A stretch of 57,549 nucleotides of DNA, filler included. It is 5 parts of 5 records of this genome, joined end to end, with 100 filler letters (N's around TTAATTAATTAA, not from the genome) between each part and the next. Parts side by side here need not be neighbours in the genome. Positions count along the whole stretch, not along the records: positions 17,860 to 34,836 come from SRR20825019_3154; positions 34,937 to 45,792 come from SRR20825019_3155; 3 more parts are not named here. One strand, 5' to 3'. The notes beneath the pieces were generated by a model. The model worked only from the letters and a program-made list of their open reading frames with translations, had not been told where the DNA came from and did not search any database. Both the position numbers and the translations under genes were made by a program. This document shows positions 30,928 to 42,287 of the stretch, one piece after another. Each line of letters begins with the position of its first letter. The stretch's first letter is position 1.

Positions 30928-31040
30928 TTGATTCACATGATTGTTTCCGCAGGATCTGATCACATTGAATCATATGTTTAGAATCGGATGTAAGTAATCC
31001 TTTATGTCTCCTAAAACGTTTTCTTAAACTGAGTGATCAA
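30928..31040 (+). ncRNA. Candidate box C/D snoRNA-like small RNA
   Basis: AT-rich 113-nt island inside very GC-rich DNA. Terminal stem TTGATTCAC/GTGATCAA, C-like box ATGATTG (30937), internal CTGA (30956) and terminal CTGA (31029), followed by T8. Confidence 0.3.
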
Positions 31041-31047
31041 CATTTTT

Positions 31048-31059
31048 TTTGGCGCGAAA
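31048..31059. promoter_or_regulatory. Overlapping double E2F-type site TTTGGCGCGAAA
   Basis: Matches TTTSSCGC on both strands. It lies between the divergent PhyH and LRR-CCHCR1 genes. Confidence 0.5.
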
Positions 31060-31445
31060 CCCGGCCGCCCCGCCCGTGCCGGGGCGGGGGCGCCCCCCGG
31101 GGCCGCCCAGCGAGGGGGCTCTGACCCCCGTCACGGCCCGGCCGCCGCGGGGCCTCGCGGGGGCCGCGGCCGGGTGACCGGCTCCGGGCGGGGCGTCACG
31201 GCGGGTGCCGCGCCAGCGGCCGCGGTCGCGGCCGGCCACGCGCTGAGTAAGCGAGGCCGGCCAGGGCCCACCGTCGGCGAGGACGGCCTCGGCCGGCCCG
31301 GTCCGGGCGGCGGCCGGCCCCCCCGCCCCGGCCGGCCCAGGGTCCGTGGTGCCACTCGCCCGTCAGGCCAAGCCGGGCTCTCCTCACTGGCTGGGTGGGG
31401 CCGACACCGGACGACCCGCTGTGGACTTTGCCAATTACACAACAG

Positions 31446-31452
31446 TATATAA
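31446..31452 (+). promoter_or_regulatory. Putative TATA box
   Basis: TATATAA where the GC island ends, about 90 nt upstream of the ATG at 31539. Confidence 0.4.
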
Positions 31453-31538
31453 GTCCTTCCTCCTGTGGCAGAAGTTATTCTGTAAACAAACCCGCAGTGT
31501 TATGCACTAGGCCTACGCCTGCTTCCGTTTGTTGTGAC

Positions 31539-34500
31539 ATGCCAATTCGTAGACTCAGCCCTGAGCTGATACAAGAAATCTCTTCACAATACAAGTTATT
31601 ATCGCACTTGAACTTGTCCGACAATGGTACGGTATACGCTGCATATAGTCGTTTGGGCCGGTTGGGCTAATACCTTGCAGAAATCGCAGTCATTGAGAAC
31701 ATAGAGCCTTTAGATCAACTTGAACGGCTTACCTTAAGCAATAACCGCATCGGATACATTTCAGGAATAAGGCATCTGAATGCCACATTGCGTTACCTTA
31801 ACCTTTCCAATAATCGAATGTAATGTATTGTGGCACATGTGAGTTTGTATCTAATCCGTTGTGCAGTCGGCAGCTGGATGGCTTGGAAGACTTGCGTCAC
31901 GTTGAAGTTCTAGACTTCAGCAACAACTACATCGATGATATCATCGAATTGTCAAAACTGCTTCCATTGCAAAACCTTGTCAGCTTGAACTTGGAAGGCA
32001 ATCCTGTATGCTCACAACAGTAGGTTTTGTGTATGTTATGGGATGCAGAAGAAGTCTGAAAATGTATGAACAGTAACTACCGCTCCGAAGTGGTGAAAAT
32101 TCTCATGAGCCTCGTTAACTTCAAGTATCTGGATGGTAAGGAAGTGACAGAGGCCGAGAAGAAGTACATACGCCTCAGTACTGCCGACAAGGCAACAGAC
32201 ATCACAGGAGCCCAACCCAGCCATGTTGCACCACAAACTGGGAACCCCTATGTCCAGTACTTTGCACCGCAGTTCCAGAGTGCAAGTCCGCCCTCCCACC
32301 ATAATCAGGACGCCAGCGGAAGCTCTCTTCCTGGTGGTTACGGAGCCTCGGTGGATGGAATGGCTATGCGCAACGGGAATCCTTATCAAGCCAATGTGCC
32401 GCAACCTAACCACCAGTATCCTGTGCAGCAGCCACCTCTTCCCGTTGCCCAGCAGGATCCTAGGAATGATGTTTTTATGGTCAATGATAGGATTCAACAG
32501 ATTGAGCAAGCCCTTGCGCAGGCCCGTGATAATGGTCAGAAGTTGTATCTATTGCAGTGCCTTGTCGGGGAGGAAAGACAATTGAAGACGGCTGCTCGGC
32601 ATGATGTGTTGCAGTCGAAAGAACGGGAGGAGCGGCTGGCAAGCCGCGTTAGAGATCTAGAAGCCGAGATGGAAAAGGTAGTGTCTACGAAAGATGGTGA
32701 AGTTCAGGGCCTTCAAGCGATTGTCGCACAGCTGGAAACAAAGGTTGAGGAGGAGGAAAACAAGGTTAAACACCTGAGGACATACATCAGCAGTGGTCCT
32801 CAAATGTCTCCGATGCCGAAAGTGCCGCCGCAACCCCAGGCGCCGGCAAACGCGCCGGTTTCTGCGAGTGTGTCTCGGGATGAATTAGAGAGATCACGAG
32901 CACGGACCCGGCATTTGGAAGAACAGATTGAAGCCTTGAAGAATCAGCTGGAGCTAGCAGATGTTCGGTATAACGCCATGAAGGAAGTGTTGTCGGCTCA
33001 AGAGAAGGACATTGCCGCTGCTGCATCCCTTGGTGCATCGCATATAGATTTGGAGAAGAGCCTGTTGGCGAAGTGGAGAGAGAAGGTCTACTCTCTGATC
33101 GTGCAATCGCGAGTTGATGAAAAGAGATACAGTAACATTGTGAAAGCCAAGGACATTCAAATTGCAGAGATGGCTCAACAGATTAGGATTAGAGACAAAG
33201 AGATGCAGAAGTTAGAGAGTCTCTCACGTGCAAAGACTGCAGAGGCCGCGATGGAAGCTACTGGTGCTAAATTTGCGAACTCCACCCTAAAGAAAGTGGA
33301 GGGAAGGCAAAAGGATTTAGAGGACAAATTGGAGACCGAAAGGATGAGATCTTCAGGAATCGCATCCATGGTGAATTCCATGTTCTGTGATTTCTTTTCT
33401 GAGAACATAACCCGCCTACACGAATCATTCAACAGCTTGAATGCATACCAGCACCGGCTGGAGTTTGCAGTTGGTAGGATACAAACTGTACGCAACCTTC
33501 AGATCAGACAAACAAGTAGATACACTGCCGCCAAGAATGACAGCCTTAAGGCGCCGGTTGTGGAAGAGGGGTTGCGCCAGGAACTTGCCAAGGTCACTGC
33601 TGAAAGGAATGCCCTGTCGAAACAGTTATCTGAGGATGCCTCTATTGTGGGTTCTAAGGTGGCTAATGCTCAGCGGGAAGTGCAGAAGGAACTTGACAGG
33701 GTGCGGGATGACTACGAAAACACAAAGGGTGATTTGCAGCGCTTAGTGAAGGAACTTGAGAGGGCCGGAGAGTCGAGCAAGAATAAGGATGCCGCGCTGG
33801 AAAGGCTGGAAGATGAGCTTGAGCAACAAAAGCGTGCCCGAGACGTGGATATTCGGGGACATCGGGAGGAGAAGGCTCGCCTCGTGCGGGAAATAGAGAG
33901 GGCGGCCGATGCTGCTCGGCTGGAGCTGGAAGAAGAGTTGGGATCACTGAGATTGGAGTGCAACTCTTTGAAAACGAAGACTACTCAGCTTACCCAGAAA
34001 TTGAAGCAAAGCGAAAGAGCGGTTTTGCGGGAAAAGGAACGGAGTGAGACCGAGGACAGGGCCAAGTTCGAGTCTCTGGAGGATCAGTTGGCAAGAAAGG
34101 ATGCCGAGTTGAGAAGCGTTCGGCGAGAAAGGAACACTCTTCTATCGACTATGCGGCAGCAGGATCGCGAGGCAAGTGGGGCTCTTCGTCAGGCTGTTGT
34201 GAACACAACCAAGTCATTTGAGAAAGCCACACCCACACGACCGACGCGGTTGTCAAACGATAGAACAGAAGCACATAATGAAGGTGTTGACGAAGAACGC
34301 GAGGTCAAGAATGTTCCGACGGTGTCTAGGATGAAGGAAGCTCATAACCAGACCCATGTTGACGACAGCCCGCTCATTCACAGGCGTCGCCAGAATCCAC
34401 CGAGGTCTGGGATCCAACCTCCGCCGCTCACTGGGCCGGACTATTACGGTGCTGCCCGGCGACCTAGGCCCCGGAGTCCAGTTTCCCAACCAAACAGCGA

Positions 34501-34675
34501 TGTCGGCCGTTTTGATGTACATTATGCCGGGGAAGGGCGGGACGCTGCCTTCAAAATGCCAGGTCGCACCGCCCGGGGCTTTGAGGCGCCTTCGGGTCAG
34601 TTAACCACGGACAAGCTGGATGGCTTGGCTGCTCTTACATCGAATCTTCTTCAAGATGATGATGATATCTATTGA
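31539..34675 (+). CDS. SDS22-like LRR + LRRcap domain fused to a CCHCR1/HCR-like coiled-coil rod; introns 31627-31680, 31820-31866, 32020-32073
   Basis: LRRs LSHLNLSDNEI, LERLTLSNNRI, LRYLNLSNNRI and LDFSNNYI. Cap LEGNPVC...YR...LDGKEV. The C-terminal part has LLAKWREKVYSLIVQ and RLEFAVGRIQTV, resembling CCHCR1 conserved blocks. Confidence 0.75.
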
Positions 34676-34836
34676 TCCGATCCGTTTTCAGTTATGCTAT
34701 GATTCAGTCATCAGCTCCCATGGGATCCCGAACCAATAAACTAAGTCTTTGTTTGTCAGTTCCTTTCATCCCCGCCGGGGCCGGCCGGGGCCGGTGTCGG
34801 ATCCGCTACCAGGGACCGCGGGACACAAACTCAAAG

Positions 34837-34936
34837 NNNNNNNNNNNNNNNNNNNNNNNNNNNNNNNNNNNNNNNNNNNNTTAATTAATTAANNNNNNNN
34901 NNNNNNNNNNNNNNNNNNNNNNNNNNNNNNNNNNNN
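34837..34936. other. Artificial contig spacer
   Basis: 44 N + TTAATTAATTAA + 44 N. Confidence 0.99.
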
Positions 34937-34937
34937 C

Positions 34938-35921
34938 TACGCCATGGACCGCGACAATCGCTGGGACCGCGTGGAAGAAGCCTACAACGTTATGACCCTG
35001 GGCGAAGCAGAATTCACTTCAGCTGATCCGGTGTCCGCGCTGGAGCAAGCCTACGAGCGCGGCGAGAACGACGAGTTTGTAAAGGCCACCCGTATCATGG
35101 CCAGCGGCGATAACGAAGGCACCATCAACGACGGTGACACCGTTATATTCATGAACTTCCGCGCTGATCGCGCCCGCGAGATGACACGCTGCTTCGTGGA
35201 AAAGGACTTCGACGGTTTTGAACGTCGCAAGCATCCGGAACTGGCTGACTTCGTCATGCTGACCGAGTACGCAGCCGACATTAACACCTCGTGCGCTTAT
35301 CCCCCGGAGCAGTTGACCAATGGTCTGGGCGAGTATGTGGCCAACCTCGGCAAAACCCAGCTGCGGATTTCCGAAACCGAGAAGTACGCACACGTTACCT
35401 TCTTCTTTAACGGCGGTCTCGAAACACCGTTTGAAGGTGAGGACCGAATCCTGGTTCCTTCGCCCAAAGTGGCGACTTACGACCTGCAACCGGAAATGAG
35501 TGCGCCCGAGGTCACCGACAAGCTGGTCGAGGCAATCAAGAGCGGGAAATACGACCTGGTTGTCTGTAACTATGCCAATGGCGACATGGTGGGCCACACC
35601 GGCAAGCTGGATGCCGCCATCAAGGCCGCGGAATGCATCGACCAGTGCGTAGCCCGTATTACCGAAGCCTTGCAGGAAGTGGGTGGTGAAGCATTGATCA
35701 CCGCTGACCACGGCAACTGCGAGCAGATGACCGACCCCAATTCCGGCCAGGTACACACGGCCCACACGATCGGCCCCGTGCCGCTTATCTACGTTGGCCC
35801 ACGCAAGGTCAACCTCAGGGACGACGGTAGCCTCAGCGACGTGGCGCCCACCCTGCTGAGCCTGATGAGCCTGGAACAACCGGCTGAAATGACCGGGCAC
35901 AGCCTGGTGGAGATCGGTTGA
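34938..35921 (+). CDS. gpmI: 2,3-bisphosphoglycerate-independent phosphoglycerate mutase, 5'-truncated
   Basis: [44 protein letters not shown] and HTAHT. Confidence 0.97.
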   Translation, partial: YAMDRDNRWDRVEEAYNVMTLGEAEFTSADPVSALEQAYERGENDEFVKATRIMASGDNEGTINDGDTVIFMNFRADRAREMTRCFVEKDFDGFERRKHPELADFVMLTEYAADINTSCAYPPEQLTNGLGEYVANLGKTQLRISETEKYAHVTFFFNGGLETPFEGEDRILVPSPKVATYDLQPEMSAPEVTDKLVEAIKSGKYDLVVCNYANGDMVGHTGKLDAAIKAAECIDQCVARITEALQEVGGEALITADHGNCEQMTDPNSGQVHTAHTIGPVPLIYVGPRKVNLRDDGSLSDVAPTLLSLMSLEQPAEMTGHSLVEIG

Positions 35922-37054
35922 GTCTGCGTCTTTGGCTGGCGGTGGCGATGCTTGCAGTCGTCACGCCAGCACTGGCGGAGCAACAGGTCACACCTGGCCA
36001 GATAGAAGATCTCAAGGAAGAGATTGCCGATATTGATGAGTGGCTTGCCGACGCCGAGGAAGACCGTTCCTCGCTGGAGCAACAGCTCTCCGGGCTCGAA
36101 CAGGAAATAGGCCGGCTCACCCGCGAACGCCGGGAGCTCCGCCAGCAGGCACGGGAACAGCAACTGCGCCTGACCGAGCTCGGCAAGGAAGAGACCGAAC
36201 TCACCCGCGTGCTGGAAAGCCAGCGCGACAGCCTGAAGAAACAGATCCGCGCCGCCTGGATGGAAGGCGACGCGCCCGCCGTCAAAGTCCTGCTCAACGA
36301 GATCGACCCGGACAAGGTCGCCCGCACGATGACCTACTACGAGTACCTCAGCCGGGACACCATTGACCGCCTCGAGGCGTTCGCTGCCAATCTCCGGCAA
36401 TTGAAAGAAACGCAGAAGCAGGTCAAGGCCGGGCGGATGCGGCTGGCAGAACTGGAAGAGAATGTCGCCGACCGCCAACAAAAGCTGAGCAGCAGCAAAA
36501 AGGAACGGGAACAGACCCTGGCGGCCCTGAAAACCGACATCAGCAATCGACTGAGCGAACGCGAGGAACTGGAAGAGGATCGCAAGCGCCTGGAAAAACT
36601 GCTGCGGGAGGTCGAAGAGGCCATCGCCAACATCCCCACGCCCAATGAGTCAGATCCGTTCGGATCACTCAAGAACAAACTGCCGTGGCCGGCGGAAGGC
36701 AAAATCGTCCGCAACTTCGGAGACAGCTACGCCAGCGGAAAACTCAAGCACAACGGACTGCTGATCAACACCGCCGAGGAAGGCGACGTAAAAGCCGTTC
36801 ACTATGGCCGCGTTGTTTTCGCCAACTGGCTACGCGGGTTTGGCCTGATCACCATCCTCGACCACGGCGACGGCTACATGACGCTCTACGGCCACAGCAG
36901 TAGTCTGTTCACCAGCCCCGGAGACTGGGTTGAAGCGGGCGAGGCAATTGCCCAGGCTGGCCGAACCGGCGGGACCAATGACCCCGCGGTGTATTTCGAG
37001 GTCCGCCACAATGGAAAACCGGACAATCCCCGACGCTGGCTCGGCAACCGCTGA
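35918..37054 (+). CDS. envC: Murein hydrolase activator EnvC (coiled coil + M23/LytM domain)
   Basis: Signal peptide, long coiled coil, LPWP...HNGL...TLYGH...YFEVR. Follows gpmI with an overlapping TTG start. Confidence 0.9.
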   Translation: MSLRLWLAVAMLAVVTPALAEQQVTPGQIEDLKEEIADIDEWLADAEEDRSSLEQQLSGLEQEIGRLTRERRELRQQAREQQLRLTELGKEETELTRVLESQRDSLKKQIRAAWMEGDAPAVKVLLNEIDPDKVARTMTYYEYLSRDTIDRLEAFAANLRQLKETQKQVKAGRMRLAELEENVADRQQKLSSSKKEREQTLAALKTDISNRLSEREELEEDRKRLEKLLREVEEAIANIPTPNESDPFGSLKNKLPWPAEGKIVRNFGDSYASGKLKHNGLLINTAEEGDVKAVHYGRVVFANWLRGFGLITILDHGDGYMTLYGHSSSLFTSPGDWVEAGEAIAQAGRTGGTNDPAVYFEVRHNGKPDNPRRWLGNR

Positions 37055-37158
37055 ACAGGTTCACGCTACCCCAAAGGCTGACAAATCAGCCCGGTAACGC
37101 CATACTGTCCGGCAATACTTGGGAACAACCAGTCATCGGATTAACACAGGACATGTGA

Positions 37159-38559
37159 ATGAGACGGGTAAGAAGTCTACACCACGCCAGCACACGCGCA
37201 CTCGCCCTTGCCACCTGCTTAACCGTTCTGCCCGGCCTTATTCATGCCCAGGAAGCCGATGAAGAAACCCGACGCCTGCTGGAAGGCATCCAGCACGGTG
37301 AGCAGGTGGAAATACAGCTGCCCGATCCGGAAGAACAGCTGCCACTGGACGACCTTCGCAAATTCGCTGAAGTGTTTGGCCGAATCAAGGACGCCTATGT
37401 GGAAGAGGTGGACGACCGCCAGCTCCTCGAAAGCGCGATCAAAGGCATGCTGTCTGACCTGGACCCGCACTCCACCTATCTGGCCCCGAAAGACTACGAA
37501 CAGCTCGAAGAGAGCACCTCCGGCGAGTTTGGCGGCCTGGGCATCGAAGTGGGCATGGAAGATGGCTTCGTAAAAGTTATCTCCCCCATCGATGACACCC
37601 CTGCTCAGAAGGCCGGCGTACAGGCGGGCGACCTGATCATCAAACTGGGTGACCAGCCGGTGAAAGGCATGTCGCTGGAAGAAGCCGTTAAACTGATGCG
37701 CGGCAAGCCTGGAACCGTCCTCACCCTGACCATTATGCGTGAGGGAGAATCAGCGCCGATCGAGATTGATGTGACACGCGACATCATCAAGGTCACCAGC
37801 ATCAAATCCCGCATCATCGAGAACGGCTATGGCTACGTCCGCATAACTCAGTTCCAGGCGGATACCGGCACGCAGTTCACCAAGGCACTGGAAGCCTTGG
37901 AGAAAGAACATGGCAGCGACCTGGACGGCCTGGTGATTGACCTGCGCAACAACCCCGGCGGCATTCTCCAGGCGGCGGTTGAAGCGGCCGATGCCCTGCT
38001 GGATAGCGGCTTGATCGTCTACACGGAAGGCCGCATCCAGAGCTCGCGCCTGCGCTTCAATGCCAAACCCGGAGATGTGATGCCGGATACGCCCATTGTT
38101 GTTCTGATTAACGGCGGTTCAGCCTCTGCATCCGAGATTCTTGCGGGCGCGCTTCAGGATCACCAGCGTGCCGTGGTCATGGGCACCCAGTCGTTCGGCA
38201 AAGGCAGCGTGCAAACTGTCATCCCCCTGGATGAGACTCACGCCATCAAGATGACCACCGCCCGCTATTACACCCCGGATGGGCGCTCCATCCAGGCCAA
38301 GGGGATCAAACCGGATATTGAAGTGAAGCCGGCGCAGCTGACTGAGCTCGACAGTCAGCCGTTCTTTACCGAGGCGGATCTCAGCGGCCACCTTGAGGGG
38401 CAGGATGAGGGGCAGCAGGAAGAACCGCAAAAGCAGGAGGACGCACAAAGCACGTCGCCGGCGAACAAGGACTTCCAGCTACGCTCTGCACTGAACCTGC
38501 TGAAAGGCATGAGCATTCTCAACAAGCGTAACAAGCCGACACAGGAAAGCGCGGATTGA
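37159..38559 (+). CDS. ctpA: Carboxyl-terminal processing protease (S41A, PDZ)
   Basis: LDPHS, FGGLGIE, DLRNNPGG, SASASEI and FGKGSVQ. Confidence 0.93.
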   Translation: MRRVRSLHHASTRALALATCLTVLPGLIHAQEADEETRRLLEGIQHGEQVEIQLPDPEEQLPLDDLRKFAEVFGRIKDAYVEEVDDRQLLESAIKGMLSDLDPHSTYLAPKDYEQLEESTSGEFGGLGIEVGMEDGFVKVISPIDDTPAQKAGVQAGDLIIKLGDQPVKGMSLEEAVKLMRGKPGTVLTLTIMREGESAPIEIDVTRDIIKVTSIKSRIIENGYGYVRITQFQADTGTQFTKALEALEKEHGSDLDGLVIDLRNNPGGILQAAVEAADALLDSGLIVYTEGRIQSSRLRFNAKPGDVMPDTPIVVLINGGSASASEILAGALQDHQRAVVMGTQSFGKGSVQTVIPLDETHAIKMTTARYYTPDGRSIQAKGIKPDIEVKPAQLTELDSQPFFTEADLSGHLEGQDEGQQEEPQKQEDAQSTSPANKDFQLRSALNLLKGMSILNKRNKPTQESAD

Positions 38560-39365
38560 AAGTTCTAGCAACACTGATTGCCGCCCTTTTGGCCACCTCC
38601 CCGGTTGTTGCCGGGGAGCATGAGGGGCAACTCCCGCCCACTATCGCCATCATCATCGATGACATGGGGCATAACCTGGTGGAAGGTGAGCGCCTGATCG
38701 CCCTGGATCAGCCCATCACCCTGGCTTTCCTGCCCTACCGCAGATACACCACCAGACTGGCGGAGTTGGCGCACCAAAAGCACAAGGAAATCATGCTGCA
38801 TGCGCCAATGGCCAATACCCGTAACATCGGCCTTGGGCCCGGCGGCCTGAACCCGGACATGGACCAGAACAGCATAGCCACCACCTTGCGGCGAGCGCTC
38901 CAGTCCATTCCCCATGTGCAGGGCGTGAACAACCATATGGGCAGCCTGCTAACTCAACAACTTCAGCCGATGGACTGGGTGATGTCTGAACTCGATCACT
39001 ACCCGGTCTATTTCGTGGACAGCCGCACCATCGCTTCCTCCATTGCGGGCGAAGTCGCAGCCGCTTACCGCATACCCACCCTCACCCGCGACGTGTTCCT
39101 GGATCACGAGCAAACCGAGGAATTCGTGGATCAGCAGTTCGAGCTTCTTATCAAGCGGGCAAAGGAAAACGGCAGCGCCATCGGCATTGGCCATCCTCAC
39201 AAGGTAACGGTGGATTATCTAGAGAAACGTCTGCCAGAGCTGGACGAGCAGGGAATTGCCGTAGCGACCGTCAGCGGCGTATGGGCGATGAGGAATGGCA
39301 ACCGACCAATGTTTGCGGAAGGGGAAAAGCGGGCGATTCGGCCCGCGCTGGCGAAGCAGGAATGA
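38556..39365 (+). CDS. Divergent polysaccharide deacetylase (YibQ family)
   Basis: IAIIIDDMG, HAPM, NNHMGS, FVDSRT, RDVFLD and IGHP. Confidence 0.92.
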   Translation: MKVLATLIAALLATSPVVAGEHEGQLPPTIAIIIDDMGHNLVEGERLIALDQPITLAFLPYRRYTTRLAELAHQKHKEIMLHAPMANTRNIGLGPGGLNPDMDQNSIATTLRRALQSIPHVQGVNNHMGSLLTQQLQPMDWVMSELDHYPVYFVDSRTIASSIAGEVAAAYRIPTLTRDVFLDHEQTEEFVDQQFELLIKRAKENGSAIGIGHPHKVTVDYLEKRLPELDEQGIAVATVSGVWAMRNGNRPMFAEGEKRAIRPALAKQE

Positions 39366-39374
39366 GGCCCGACC

Positions 39375-40148
39375 TCAATCCCGCACCACAATCCCCTGGG
39401 CCTTCATAAATGCCTTTGCTTCGGGAATCGTATGCTGACCGAAGTGAAAGATGGACGCCGCCAGCACGGCATCCGCGCGACCTTCGGTCACACCGTCTGC
39501 CAGATGCTGCAGCTCGCCCACTCCCCCTGAAGCAATGACCGGCACCGATACAGCGTCGCTGATGGCACGGGTCAGCCCCAGGTCGAATCCGATTTTGGTG
39601 CCGTCCCGGTCCATGCTGGTCAGCAGCAACTCGCCGGCACCCATCGCGGTCATCTTGCGAGCCCACTCAACCGCATCCAGCCCTGTCGGCTTGCGCCCAC
39701 CGTGGGTGAAAATCTCCCACCGGGGCTCCTCTCCTTCACCACTGACACGCTTGGCATCAATGGCGACAACGATACACTGACTGCCAAAACGGTCGGCGGC
39801 CTCACGCACGAAGTCCGGATTGAATACCGCCGCAGTATTGATTGACACCTTGTCCGCGCCTGCATTCAGGAGCTTGCGGATGTCCTCAACGGTGCGCACG
39901 CCGCCACCCACCGTCAGCGGGATAAACACTTCAGCCGCCATGCGCTCCACGGTTTCATAGGTGGTATCGCGGCTTTCGTGACTGGCGGTGATGTCCAGGA
40001 AGGTGATTTCGTCGGCGCCCTGCTCATTGTATTTTCGGGCCACTTCCACCGGGTCACCGGCATCGCGGATATCGACGAAGTTCACGCCTTTTACAACGCG
40101 GCCTTTATCGACATCCAGGCAGGGAATGATGCGTTTTGCCAGAGCCAT
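39375..40148 (-). CDS. hisF: Imidazole glycerol phosphate synthase cyclase subunit
   Basis: [30 protein letters not shown] and TSMDRDGT. Confidence 0.98.
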   Translation of the reverse strand: MALAKRIIPCLDVDKGRVVKGVNFVDIRDAGDPVEVARKYNEQGADEITFLDITASHESRDTTYETVERMAAEVFIPLTVGGGVRTVEDIRKLLNAGADKVSINTAAVFNPDFVREAADRFGSQCIVVAIDAKRVSGEGEEPRWEIFTHGGRKPTGLDAVEWARKMTAMGAGELLLTSMDRDGTKIGFDLGLTRAISDAVSVPVIASGGVGELQHLADGVTEGRADAVLAASIFHFGQHTIPEAKAFMKAQGIVVRD

Positions 40149-40156
40149 AATTCGTA

Positions 40157-40894
40157 TTACCCCTTCAGGCTGTCGCAGAAGGCCTGGGCCTCGGCCACAT
40201 CCAGGGTGCCTTCATAGATGGCACGGCCGGTAATCGCACCGAGGATGCCCTTGTCAGCCACGGTAGCAAGGCGCTTGAGATCGTCCATGTTGGTAACGCC
40301 GCCAGAAGCGATCACGGGAATGCCGCCTTCTTCCGCCAGTGCCGCGGTGGCTTCCACGTTCACGCCCTGCATCATGCCGTCGCGGCTGATGTCGGTGTAA
40401 ACAATGGACTCGACGCCGTCGTTGGCAAAACGTTTCGCCAGATCGGTCGCCATGACTTCAGACACTTCCGCCCAGCCGTCAGTGGCAACGCGGCCGTCTT
40501 TGGCGTCCAGGCCCACGATAATGTGGCCGGGAAAGCGCTTGCACATCTCGGTAACGAATTCCGGTTCTTTCACCGCCTTGGTACCAATAATGACCCACTG
40601 TACGCCGGCTTTCAGATAGGCCTCGATGGTTTCCGCCGAACGAATACCGCCGCCAATCTGGATGGGTAAATCCGGGTATTTGCGAGCGATGGCCTGGACG
40701 ATTTCGCCGTTGACGGGTTCACCGGCGAAGGCGCCATTCAGGTCCACCAGATGCAGGCGGCGGGCGCCAGCATCCACCCAGCGGGTTGCCATATCAACAG
40801 GATCGTCACCGAAAACGGTGGAGTCGTCCATACGGCCCTGGCGCAGTCTTACGCATTTGCCGTCTTTAAGATCTATGGCCGGGATGATCAGCAT
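40157..40894 (-). CDS. hisA: ProFAR isomerase
   Basis: [24 protein letters not shown] and YTDISRDG. Confidence 0.98.
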   Translation of the reverse strand: MLIIPAIDLKDGKCVRLRQGRMDDSTVFGDDPVDMATRWVDAGARRLHLVDLNGAFAGEPVNGEIVQAIARKYPDLPIQIGGGIRSAETIEAYLKAGVQWVIIGTKAVKEPEFVTEMCKRFPGHIIVGLDAKDGRVATDGWAEVSEVMATDLAKRFANDGVESIVYTDISRDGMMQGVNVEATAALAEEGGIPVIASGGVTNMDDLKRLATVADKGILGAITGRAIYEGTLDVAEAQAFCDSLKG

Positions 40895-41529
40895 GTTCCA
40901 GTCCAGTTGGTAAAGTTTTTCAGTAACTGCAGCCCCGCCCGAGCGCTTTTTTCAGGGTGGAACTGCACCGCAAAGATGTTGTCTCTCGCCACGGCTGCAG
41001 CCAGGTCAACGCCGTAATGGGTACAGCCGGCAATATCCGGGTTGCCCTCGGCTTCAGCGTAGTAGCTGTGCACGAAATAGAAGCGGTCGCCGTCGGGAAT
41101 ATCGTGCCAAAGCGGGTGATCCATGGTCTGGCGCACTTCGTTCCAGCCCATATGAGGCACTTTCAGGCGTTCGCCGTTCTCGGTGAGATTGTCACCGAAG
41201 AAGCGCACCTCCGACTGGAACAGGTCGATACAATCCACCCAGCCGTTTTCCTCGCTGCGGGACATCAGCGCCTGCATGCCTACGCAAATGCCGAGCAACG
41301 GACGGTCAGCGGAGACTTCCCGCACCAACTCATCAATTCCCAGGCGGCGGATTTCCGCCATGCAGTCGCGGATGGCGCCCACGCCAGGGAGGATCACCCG
41401 GTCCGCGCTGCGGATCAGCTCGGCGTTGTCGGTGACCAGAACACGGGTATCCGGTGCAACGTGCTCCACCGCTTTGCTGACGGAATGAAGGTTACCCATG
41501 CCGTAGTCGATAATGGCAACGGTTTTCAT
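40888..41529 (-). CDS. hisH: Imidazole glycerol phosphate synthase glutaminase subunit
   Basis: [26 protein letters not shown] and QFHPEKS. Confidence 0.98.
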   Translation of the reverse strand: MKTVAIIDYGMGNLHSVSKAVEHVAPDTRVLVTDNAELIRSADRVILPGVGAIRDCMAEIRRLGIDELVREVSADRPLLGICVGMQALMSRSEENGWVDCIDLFQSEVRFFGDNLTENGERLKVPHMGWNEVRQTMDHPLWHDIPDGDRFYFVHSYYAEAEGNPDIAGCTHYGVDLAAAVARDNIFAVQFHPEKSARAGLQLLKNFTNWTGTC

Positions 41530-41580
41530 GCGAAGAGAAACTTCCTGAATCGTGGTTCTTTTAGTTGAGCCCAGGGCCGC

Positions 41581-42174
41581 TTACAGCGACCCCTTGGTGG
41601 ACGGGGTAATACCCGCCATTCGCTCGTCCATTTCAATGGCCATACGCAGGGCACGACCGAAGGCCTTGAACACGGTTTCGATCTGGTGGTGGGTGTTCTT
41701 ACCCTTCAGGTTATCAATGTGCAGGGTGACCATGGAGTGGTTCACAAAGCCGTGGAAGAACTCCTCGAACAGGTCGACGTCGAAGCCTCCTACAGCACCA
41801 CGGGTATAGGGCACATCCATCATCAGGCCGGGACGGCCAGACAGGTCAATCACCACGCGGGACAGTGCTTCGTCAAGCGGCACGTAGGCATGGCCGTAAC
41901 GACGGATGCCCTTCTTGTCGCCAACCGCCTGCTTGAAAGCCTGGCCCAGGGTGATACCAATATCTTCCACCGTGTGGTGGTCATCAATGTGCAGATCGCC
42001 CTTCGAGACAATGTTCAGGTCCACCAGCCCGTGGCGGGCAATCTGATCCATCATGTGCTCAAGGAAAGGCACGCCCGTGTCGAAGCTGGACTTGCCGGTG
42101 CCGTCGAGATCGATCTCGACGGTGATCTGTGTTTCCAGGGTATTTCTTTCTACCCGAGCCTTGCGTTCGGCCAT
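41581..42174 (-). CDS. hisB: Imidazoleglycerol-phosphate dehydratase (monofunctional)
   Basis: [16 protein letters not shown] and PSTKG. ATG at 42174. Confidence 0.98.
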   Translation of the reverse strand: MAERKARVERNTLETQITVEIDLDGTGKSSFDTGVPFLEHMMDQIARHGLVDLNIVSKGDLHIDDHHTVEDIGITLGQAFKQAVGDKKGIRRYGHAYVPLDEALSRVVIDLSGRPGLMMDVPYTRGAVGGFDVDLFEEFFHGFVNHSMVTLHIDNLKGKNTHHQIETVFKAFGRALRMAIEMDERMAGITPSTKGSL

Positions 42175-42287
42175 GGGGACTCCAAAGTCATCAGTCGGCA
42201 CATGCCGGAAAAGTGTCTGCGCGCATTATACCTTTTATGATTCCCCGCGTCCCGCAATGGCCTTTATAGCCTTGATAGCGACGACCA

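Noticed and set aside
24499-31452. Arg/Pro/Gly-rich ORFs in the GC islands (e.g. 24549-25202, 30325-30981, 31033-31452)
   Set aside because: Expected by chance at very high GC. Their composition is unlike the real exons and they have no domains.
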